Shown: piece after piece, positions 6,999 through 13,545 of the stretch
Position numbering within the stretch: position 1 is the first letter of the stretch
Layout: every line of letters starts with the position of its first letter
DNA from: a virus
Taxonomy: Duplodnaviria; Caudoviricetes
IMG/VR virus record: IMGVR_UViG_3300020042_010367
Coordinates: 1-27,082 of that record
Length of the DNA stretch: 27,082 nt
Strand: one strand, 5' to 3'
The notes under the pieces: generated by a model
Told to the model about the DNA's origin: nothing
Databases searched by the model: none
The model's input: only the letters and a program-made list of their open reading frames with translations
Position numbers and translations under genes: made by a program

Positions 6999-7709
6999 TT
7001 AATGCCCGAATGCTTCGATAGTATGTTTGAAGGGATTACCTTCGATATTCCTCACAAGATCAAGCATGGTTGCGGCAATGTCGCGAATTTCCTTCTGTGC
7101 ATCTGGCTTATTGCGAAGACTCAAGAAGTGATAGAAAGACCTCCAGTTAAACATAACGTCAGCTTGAATCTGAGAGTTGTATGTTTTGAAGAAACGGGCA
7201 CTTTCTTTGGCGCGTTTACGGCCAAGAATAGGTTCAAGGTCTTTGAGGCATTGGTGGTAGAGATCATTGCCTAATTTTGTGTATTCTTCCAATACACTGC
7301 TCCATTCAATCTCATTTGGCTCGTATAAGCCTCTATCACTATCAAACACTGCTAGATAAGAAGAATTTGTAATTGTAATATCTTTATCTTTCCAATCATC
7401 AGGAATGTAATACTTATCCTCCTTCAGTTCTTTGTATCTCGCACTCTCACCATTAACAGAACATCCAATTCGGTGTTTTAGGAGATGGATGTGGCTAGCA
7501 ATGTCACAATCCACAAGAAAATGAAGACTGCTTTTTTCAAAGGGCGTATGATGTCCAGCATCTGCAAGCATTTTTAATAGTTTAGGAATCCGCTCGCGTT
7601 TTCCCTCTGTGATGTCTCGGCTGGTAGAAGTCCAAGCAGAACATGCGTGTACTTCGTCGCTTCCGTAGAAACCAATTAATTCTACTTTATTTGTGTTAGT
7701 TGCGCTCAT
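6999..7709 (-). CDS. thyX: FAD-dependent thymidylate synthase ThyX
   Basis: GHHTPFEK, ThyX motif KHRIGCSVNGESARY, KESARF, NWRSFYHFLSLR...AQKEIR. Start at ATG 7709 by ATGA overlap with the upstream stop (track start 7772). Confidence 0.95.
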   Translation of the reverse strand: MSATNTNKVELIGFYGSDEVHACSAWTSTSRDITEGKRERIPKLLKMLADAGHHTPFEKSSLHFLVDCDIASHIHLLKHRIGCSVNGESARYKELKEDKYYIPDDWKDKDITITNSSYLAVFDSDRGLYEPNEIEWSSVLEEYTKLGNDLYHQCLKDLEPILGRKRAKESARFFKTYNSQIQADVMFNWRSFYHFLSLRNKPDAQKEIRDIAATMLDLVRNIEGNPFKHTIEAFGH

Positions 7710-7948
7710 GGTTGAGGGATAAATCGGGCAATTTTTTGCTCTAGTTGTTCTACTGTTTTTTCTGAATGCCAAATCTCCACAACATCGCCAGAAATATAAT
7801 CTCCGATTGTCGTTTTAACCGCTGTATTTGCAGGTAGAAACAGAGCCTCTGGCTGTTCTAGCCTTCGTTGAGAGACTGATTTTAAATCAATTTTATTAGT
7901 GTTGCAGCAAGAAGCGGCGAATACTGTTAAAAGTAAGAGTTTTTTCAT
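7706..7948 (-). CDS. Small lipoprotein, possible o-spanin
   Basis: MKKLLLLTVFAAS-C has a basic N-terminus, hydrophobic core and lipobox-like Cys; it overlaps the end of the upstream gene by a few nt. Confidence 0.5.
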   Translation of the reverse strand: MKKLLLLTVFAASCCNTNKIDLKSVSQRRLEQPEALFLPANTAVKTTIGDYISGDVVEIWHSEKTVEQLEQKIARFIPQP

Positions 7949-8193
7949 AAGTTATTTTGCTTGAGGAACAGATTTAATTTTTCCTTTTCTTCGATAATTT
8001 CGTCCATTAATCTCTTTGCTTGAGCTTGTTCATCTGATTTAGCGATTGAACGAAGTTCTTCTCTTTTCTCATTGAGCTTGTTAACTCTAGAGGAATGCTT
8101 TTCTAAAATATCGTAAAAATAAGATTTATTCTTAAGTTTAAGAAATTGAACGCCAAGCTCAAGCAGTAATTTTACTGTTGCTAATAAAGGCAT
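7945..8193 (-). CDS. Protein with hydrophobic N-terminus and coiled coil, possible i-spanin
   Basis: MPLLATVKLLLELGVQFL followed by a K/E/R-rich helical region; directly precedes a lipoprotein. The N-terminal helix is imperfect as a TM segment. Confidence 0.4.
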   Translation of the reverse strand: MPLLATVKLLLELGVQFLKLKNKSYFYDILEKHSSRVNKLNEKREELRSIAKSDEQAQAKRLMDEIIEEKEKLNLFLKQNNL

Positions 8194-8195
8194 TT

Positions 8196-8393
8196 TTACT
8201 TCTTCGTAGATTCAAAAATAATCTTTTCCTCTTTGTCCACACCTGCTTCGCAGACATAGCCCCCGATATGTTTTGCGCAATCAAGTGCCCATGAATAGGC
8301 ATCTTGAAAACACATATCATAAGAAGCTTGATGATCGCCCTTGTGATTATAAACGCTATACCAACTGACACCAGATTTACCTTTTGTTTTCAT
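8196..8393 (-). CDS. Hypothetical protein (65 aa)
   Basis: ORF track; fits the packing between neighbours without overlap. Confidence 0.65.
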   Translation of the reverse strand: MKTKGKSGVSWYSVYNHKGDHQASYDMCFQDAYSWALDCAKHIGGYVCEAGVDKEEKIIFESTKK

Positions 8394-8403
8394 ATTTAAT
8401 GAT

Positions 8404-8646
8404 TTAATGATTTTGAGAGACTTTGATTAGGGTTTCGTGAATTAAATGACGGGTTTCGCGGTCAACTACTCGACCATCAACTTGAGGAAGTTCGTTTACA
8501 ACCTCGTCAAAGTCAAGACCAAAAGCGGAACATAGTGATTTTACTTTACGAAAGACTCCAATTTCCTTGTATTTAAGGACTGCCCAGCACAAATCAATTT
8601 GCTCTGGTGACGCTTCTTCAATTGCATTTGCAAGTTGCTTGCTCAT
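8404..8646 (-). CDS. Hypothetical protein (80 aa)
   Basis: ORF track; lies downstream of the consensus promoter at 8686-8713. Confidence 0.75.
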   Translation of the reverse strand: MSKQLANAIEEASPEQIDLCWAVLKYKEIGVFRKVKSLCSAFGLDFDEVVNELPQVDGRVVDRETRHLIHETLIKVSQNH

Positions 8647-8685
8647 GTATTTATTTTAATATTATTTGGGATTTATCTTCTATCT

Positions 8686-8713
8686 ATTATAGCATATTAA
8701 CAATGCTTGTCAA
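8686..8713 (-). promoter_or_regulatory. Consensus sigma70 promoter TTGACA-N16-TATAAT with extended -10 (TGC)
   Basis: -35 at 8713-8708, -10 at 8691-8686; encoded by the last codons (LTSIVNML-stop) of the glycosyltransferase gene. Confidence 0.85.
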
Positions 8714-9601
8714 GACGTTTCTCTTCTCGACAAGAGCTTTTTCTTTCCACTGCTGGAGATAATCCTGATAGAAAGAAGTATTTTCGGTTTTCTGAATCAA
8801 TTCCTCTTCGGAATTAACAAAGAAATGATCAGGAACATTATAACCAGACAACTCGACGGTATTTTTACAGTTACCATCAAAAAGAGGAAGTACGTTATAA
8901 TTAAGAGACTCGTAAAATCTGTTAGCCAAGCAATTATAATTGTTATGATTGATTTCGTCTTCGATATACAAAGATGTTTTAAAGTCAAGCAAGCCATCTT
9001 TTGACCAATTGATTCGATCAATAAAAGGACCGTTAACGCTAGCGTTCGAAAACTTTTCCCGATTCTTCTTGTGAGTAGATACTGTAACATAGCCTTTTAA
9101 ATAATTCTGAAAAGACAAGACACGATCTTTGCGGAAAGATCCGTAATACACGCAACCTTTCTTTTCTTTTGTCGTCAAGATAGGGTCGAACACTAAACTA
9201 TTTAAGTTAACGAAGTTCCACTTATCCACATACTTCTCAACAATTTTGGAGATGTCTGCGCTGTGATTAGCTATGACTTGGTAGCGGCGACCAGCTTTCG
9301 CAGCCATCCATAGGATGCGCGGCTCACCAAGATTATACTCGTTAGTGATATGAAAGAGTTCGGCATTTGGACTTTGTTCTAGCCATTTGTAATCCACATA
9401 TGAATAGTGGCTAGCATGATTGAAAATGATTTTGTCATAGTTTGGCTCAATAACATCATTGACTGATGGGTAGCTCCAAATCAAATCAACTTGGTGGCCC
9501 AAAGTGATTAGGTGGTCTTTAATTTGTTTTGCATTTAACCAGTGCAAGTTTTGCGGTTCTTTCAAAGAACCTTTGTGTGAATCAATTAGTAGGATTTTCA
9601 T
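8687..9601 (-). CDS. GT-B glycosyltransferase resembling T4 DNA beta-glucosyltransferase
   Basis: Colinear resemblance to T4 BGT as recalled from memory: MKILLI/MKIAII, LGHQVDLI/MGLNVDII, NYDKII/DYDRLI, VYYGSFR/IYGGSFR, LYIED..NRFYES/LIIGD..LRVWET, FFVNSEEELI/FYVNNRAELI. Start at ATG 9601 (track start 9703). Confidence 0.75.
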   Translation of the reverse strand: MKILLIDSHKGSLKEPQNLHWLNAKQIKDHLITLGHQVDLIWSYPSVNDVIEPNYDKIIFNHASHYSYVDYKWLEQSPNAELFHITNEYNLGEPRILWMAAKAGRRYQVIANHSADISKIVEKYVDKWNFVNLNSLVFDPILTTKEKKGCVYYGSFRKDRVLSFQNYLKGYVTVSTHKKNREKFSNASVNGPFIDRINWSKDGLLDFKTSLYIEDEINHNNYNCLANRFYESLNYNVLPLFDGNCKNTVELSGYNVPDHFFVNSEEELIQKTENTSFYQDYLQQWKEKALVEKRNVLTSIVNML

Positions 9602-9842
9602 ATTGTGAGAATTCAATGGCGATTTTGCCGAGACTGTTATCAATAGCGCAGTATCCTTCAAACACAAGTACTTTTTCGAAAACTCTTGTTTTAGTGATTT
9701 CAAAAAGTAAATCTTCTTTTTCTGGAATTCTCAAAATGTGCATAGACGGGTCGATTGACTTTAGCTCGCAATTTTCGAATGTTTTATCCATCCACTCTTG
9801 GTGAATGTCGTTTGCTCCAACAACTTTAATATTTCCTGTCAT
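9582..9842 (-). CDS. Hypothetical protein (86 aa)
   Basis: ORF track; has its own promoter and its 3' end overlaps the glycosyltransferase start by 20 nt. Confidence 0.65.
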   Translation of the reverse strand: MTGNIKVVGANDIHQEWMDKTFENCELKSIDPSMHILRIPEKEDLLFEITKTRVFEKVLVFEGYCAIDNSLGKIAIEFSQYENPTN

Positions 9843-9847
9843 GCTAT

Positions 9848-9876
9848 ATATTAATACTTGTATTTGAACATGTCAA
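9848..9876 (-). promoter_or_regulatory. Sigma70-type promoter TTGACA-N17-TAATAT
   Basis: -35 at 9876-9871 within the sulfotransferase 3' end, -10 at 9853-9848, ATG 9842 five nt downstream. Confidence 0.6.
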
Positions 9877-10504
9877 TATCTCGTTCAAAAATCTTTTCAA
9901 CGGTGCGCTTGGATTTAAAATCAAAATAATCATGATAATGTCCTCTCTTTGAAGAGTTGTCATGAGGCAAATTTGGAACAATATGATTAATGTTACAGTC
10001 TTCTAGCATTCCTGAGAAATCTGTTTTTAAAGATTCAAAACGCAAAACAAAATTAGGAGTAAACATTCCTTCTAGCCAAGAACTTTGATCATGAATAGCA
10101 ATAAAGTTTTTGTCTTGTTCTTCATATTTAACCATCATCAATTCACAGAATTCCGCGAAAGTCATTTGAGAGTCCATTTTATATAACTTTCCCAAATCGT
10201 TTTTTAACGCAAATTCATACATCGAAATCGCTCTGTCCCAAGGGTTTCTTACTACAGCGAAGGACATATAGTTGTGAATCATGTTCCCCATTACTAAACT
10301 GATTTCATCAGGTTTTGCATGAGTAGGCGAAAACCAATTGCGATAAGTTTTATCTTTTAAATAACGATCAAATTCTTTCTTGTGCTTGTGGATAAGATTC
10401 AAGTCTCCTAAATGATTATAAATAGAAGTACTAGCATTCTTAGGGATACGAACAAAAATCATACTCCAAATCCATTTATGGGTGCATGGAGATATTTCTA
10501 GCAT
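9851..10504 (-). CDS. PAPS-dependent sulfotransferase (Sulfotransfer_2 / carbohydrate sulfotransferase-like)
   Basis: 5'-PSB loop IFVRIPKNASTSI, 3'-PB motif FAVVRNPWDRAISMY, RFESLKTDF, and C-terminal FERDIDMFKY. Confidence 0.9.
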   Translation of the reverse strand: MLEISPCTHKWIWSMIFVRIPKNASTSIYNHLGDLNLIHKHKKEFDRYLKDKTYRNWFSPTHAKPDEISLVMGNMIHNYMSFAVVRNPWDRAISMYEFALKNDLGKLYKMDSQMTFAEFCELMMVKYEEQDKNFIAIHDQSSWLEGMFTPNFVLRFESLKTDFSGMLEDCNINHIVPNLPHDNSSKRGHYHDYFDFKSKRTVEKIFERDIDMFKYKY

Positions 10505-11016
10505 TTAGGCCAAACTTTAAATTTTAAATTCTCAAAAATATCTGAAAATTTAATAATTGAAATCTCGTCTTTGCGACCCTGCCTTTGATATATTTTATAC
10601 AAGGCATCTTTAGAAGAATTAACTCTAGAGTTTTGATCCACCTTTTCCATACAAAGCTTCCACAAAGCTGCTCTATTAACTATGATGAAATCTTTTTCCC
10701 TTTCAAAAGCAATGTATTCAGCCGCTCCAATTAACCATCCGCCGTTTCCAGCAACATTTAAAAACTCTACCCAAATCAATTCGTCATTAACATTAGAGTC
10801 TGTTCTTTTGATTTTCTTCTGAGCTTTAATGTCTAAAGAGAGTGTCGGATAGTTCTCTTTAGATAAAAACACATCTACATGAGACAACTGTTGTTTTCTA
10901 TCTGCCTTGATAGCTTTCCAGCCTTGTCTCTCAGCAATGGAAATGAAAAGGTCTTCTGCATTATGTCCATCGTCAGAACATTTTCCTGAAAAATCAAATT
11001 TATTACGGTATTTCAT
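10498..11016 (-). CDS. PD-(D/E)XK restriction-endonuclease-like nuclease
   Basis: Helix GHNAEDLF, then HVDVF...LDIKAQK (D...DxK), IWVEF and GWLIGAAEYIAF. Confidence 0.7.
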   Translation of the reverse strand: MKYRNKFDFSGKCSDDGHNAEDLFISIAERQGWKAIKADRKQQLSHVDVFLSKENYPTLSLDIKAQKKIKRTDSNVNDELIWVEFLNVAGNGGWLIGAAEYIAFEREKDFIIVNRAALWKLCMEKVDQNSRVNSSKDALYKIYQRQGRKDEISIIKFSDIFENLKFKVWPKC

Positions 11017-11527
11017 AAAGAGCTATATTATTATCAAAAATTTGAAAATTAAAAATTCTAACTATGGTTTTAATATATTTATCTTTTTTTCGTTCGCGAT
11101 TGATCTCTCCTATAATAAATTGAATTTGATATTTTTGTTTTAAAAACTGAAAAATATCATAAACTGCTCTTTTTATTTCAAAAATATTATTATGATCTGA
11201 AGCTGCGAAAGTAAATCCACAAACGCTTGATTTTGATAAATGCACTGTTTCAATCAAAGAAGATTGTGTTTCTGGCTTAAAATCAAAAGCTATAAAAAAT
11301 ATAATTTTAGATTCTTTGCGAGCATAAAAAATTCTTTTATCTTTAATTAAAAAATCAAAAAAACTTTCTATTTTTCTACGAAGATCGGATAAAGTCTTAG
11401 TTTTAAAAGACAAAGGTTGGGATTTTGTAAAAAATACATGATATAAAGACTTTAATTCCTCTTTAACGTCTTCTTCTCCAAGAAATTCGTGTAAATTATA
11501 CTCAACGCTTTTATTATTTATAGTCAT
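11003..11527 (-). CDS. Hypothetical protein (possibly a degenerate GNAT-like fold)
   Basis: Track ORF 11003..11551; ATG 11527 minimises overlap with the divergent tail gene. The fold guess is weak. Confidence 0.6.
   Translation of the reverse strand: MTINNKSVEYNLHEFLGEEDVKEELKSLYHVFFTKSQPLSFKTKTLSDLRRKIESFFDFLIKDKRIFYARKESKIIFFIAFDFKPETQSSLIETVHLSKSSVCGFTFAASDHNNIFEIKRAVYDIFQFLKQKYQIQFIIGEINRERKKDKYIKTIVRIFNFQIFDNNIALYEIP
11489..11494 (+). promoter_or_regulatory. GTGTAA motif upstream of the tail operon
   Basis: 31 nt before ATG 11526, inside the divergent minus-strand ORF. Confidence 0.35.
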
Positions 11528-12548
11528 GCCAATTAACAATAAAATCTCCAATGATTTAATAGATTTAGAACCAACTGCGGTTTTGGAGTTTTATAAACTT
11601 TATTATGATACGATCAATGAACCCGATTCTTTTTTCCCTTTTCATCCATGCTCTCATGGAATTGAAAACGGTATCATATTAAATGGTATTTCGTATTTAC
11701 CAATTGCGGTAGAGGTTGAAGATTTCGAGACTAATGCTTTTAATAGAATCAATAGACCTCGTATTCGTATTAGTAATGCCAACTTAAATGTTAGTCAAGT
11801 TCTAAGGCGCAAAAATGACTTTAAACATGCAAAATTAGAGAGAATAAAAATCTTTTTAAAGTATATTGATGATGCTAATTTTGAAGGCGGTGTTAATCCA
11901 TTCGGCGTTGCCGATCCAACCGCAGAAATAAATAAAGATACTTATATCATTTCTCAAAAACTCCAAGAAAATAAAATGCTTGTTGAGTTTGAATTGACTG
12001 CTCCGTTTGATTTGGAGAATTTTACAATTCCTGGCCGTTTGGTATTATCTCGTTATTGTTATTGGCAATACAGAGGTATTGGCTGTAATTATTTTGGCCA
12101 ACCTGTTTGCCAAGAAAACGATCAAGCTTTCACTGTTATTCCAACAGGAACTTTCAATTTTCAAACAACTGAAAACGAATGGAATTATGGTAGGTCTTAC
12201 AATAGCGGCGAAATCATTTACGCAACTACAGATAAAGATCCTTTTCGCACTTGGTATGTGTGCAGAAATAAGCATACAGCTTCAGAAAATAATCATCCTA
12301 GTTTAGACTCTTCTCCTTGGGAGAAAGATGGTTGTTCTAAAGTTATCTCTTCTTGTAGAAAGAGATTCTCCAACACAGGAATCAATTATACTGGGTATAT
12401 AGGAGCTACCGCAAATACAGGAAAAACTGTATATAATTTAGTGCCAGCAACTCTTAACGCCGACATTTCTGTAGCTTATTTACCATTTGGCGGCTTTCCA
12501 GCAACAGACAAATATCAATATGGAGCTTCATACAAAGGTAGAAAATAA
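11526..12548 (+). CDS. Lambda gpL-like minor tail (tail tip) protein
   Basis: RP.IRISN, DDANF...NP..DP, VEFELTAPFDLE, CYWQYRGIGC, CSK..SSCRKRF and LPFGGFP; four conserved Cys as in the Fe-S-binding gpL. Confidence 0.92.
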   Translation: MPINNKISNDLIDLEPTAVLEFYKLYYDTINEPDSFFPFHPCSHGIENGIILNGISYLPIAVEVEDFETNAFNRINRPRIRISNANLNVSQVLRRKNDFKHAKLERIKIFLKYIDDANFEGGVNPFGVADPTAEINKDTYIISQKLQENKMLVEFELTAPFDLENFTIPGRLVLSRYCYWQYRGIGCNYFGQPVCQENDQAFTVIPTGTFNFQTTENEWNYGRSYNSGEIIYATTDKDPFRTWYVCRNKHTASENNHPSLDSSPWEKDGCSKVISSCRKRFSNTGINYTGYIGATANTGKTVYNLVPATLNADISVAYLPFGGFPATDKYQYGASYKGRK

Positions 12549-12924
12549 TTTCGAAAATATTCTTCAATTTTTAAAAGATCATAGTGATCGTTATTTTAAT
12601 ATTGAATGTTGCGCTTTCATAGGTTTAAAAGACGGGGATTTTATTGCTCAAATTTTAGCTAACCGTTCTCCAGAGCCTAATTCTTTTTTTTGCGTTGATC
12701 CTTTAGATTTTTTAAAATTCAAAAGCGAAAATGAGTTGTTATTTATCTTTCATTCCCACCCTAACACAAGCGCTGATTTTTCTGAAATAGACAAAGCTAA
12801 TGCGGAAGCTTGTTGCTTGCTGTCTATTCTTTACTCTGTAGTTGATAATAAATTTGCACTTTACGAGCCGCAAAGTCACGAAACAGATGTAAATATATTA
12901 AACAAGGTAAAAGGTTATTTATGA
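12520..12924 (+). CDS. gpK-like tail assembly protein, JAB/MPN+ domain only
   Basis: ECCAFI and JAMM motif FHSHPNTSADFSEID; position between gpL and gpI. Start at ATG 12520 (track start 12487). Confidence 0.88.
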   Translation: MELHTKVENNFENILQFLKDHSDRYFNIECCAFIGLKDGDFIAQILANRSPEPNSFFCVDPLDFLKFKSENELLFIFHSHPNTSADFSEIDKANAEACCLLSILYSVVDNKFALYEPQSHETDVNILNKVKGYL

Positions 12925-13514
12925 CAGAAGTTCATTTACATGGTATTCTAGCAAAAAAATATGGTTCAAAACACTATATAGCTATTTCTCAGCCAAAAGA
13001 TTTATTGAGAGCTATGGAAGCTAATCATGATGATTTTTTAATTGATTTAAAAAATTTATATACAAAAAATATACATTATACTTATATCGTAAATGGTAAA
13101 TGGGCCAAAAATGGAGAATTCAATAAAGAAAAAATTAAAAGGTTAGATTTTGTTCCTATGATTTTAGGTAGCGGTTTTTTTGGACTCGTTATGCTTGCTA
13201 TTTCGGTTGTCTCTGCTGTATTCACTTATATACAAGCTGGAAAAGTAGAATATCCAAAGCTTCCTGGAGCTTCAGCCACCTCTTCTGCTTTTAATAAATC
13301 TTTAGCGTTTTCTAATAGAGAAAATGTTATGGAGCAAGGTAATCCAGTTCCTCTTGTTTATGGAAGATTGAGAATTGGTTCTTTTGTAATTCAATCCTCT
13401 ATTAAATCTTTCCCATTATCTTTATCATTAACAGACGAATTAATGAATAGTTCCTCTAAAAAAGGTAATAATCAAGTGGCCTCTATTGATCAGGCGGAAT
13501 TAAAAAAATATTAG
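12921..13514 (+). CDS. Lambda gpI-like tail assembly protein
   Basis: V.LHG.LAKKYG ubiquitin-like N-terminus, FVP.ILGSG, a hydrophobic segment, and QGNPVPLVYGRLRIGS.VI. Confidence 0.9.
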   Translation: MTEVHLHGILAKKYGSKHYIAISQPKDLLRAMEANHDDFLIDLKNLYTKNIHYTYIVNGKWAKNGEFNKEKIKRLDFVPMILGSGFFGLVMLAISVVSAVFTYIQAGKVEYPKLPGASATSSAFNKSLAFSNRENVMEQGNPVPLVYGRLRIGSFVIQSSIKSFPLSLSLTDELMNSSSKKGNNQVASIDQAELKKY

Positions 13515-13545
13515 ATTTTAAAGATGCAGCTCTAAGAATATAAAT

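Noticed and set aside
8159-9090. Alternative-frame minus-strand ORFs 8159..8371 and 8797..9090
   Set aside because: They overlap better-supported genes on the same strand and have no motifs or plausible initiation context.
707-11143. Plus-strand track ORFs in the left arm (707..934, 3892..4095, 4290..4631, 5259..5477, 5625..5834, 5695..5877, 5916..6152, 7002..7274, 9529..9804, 10907..11143)
   Set aside because: They are antisense shadows of well-supported minus-strand genes and contain no recognisable motifs.
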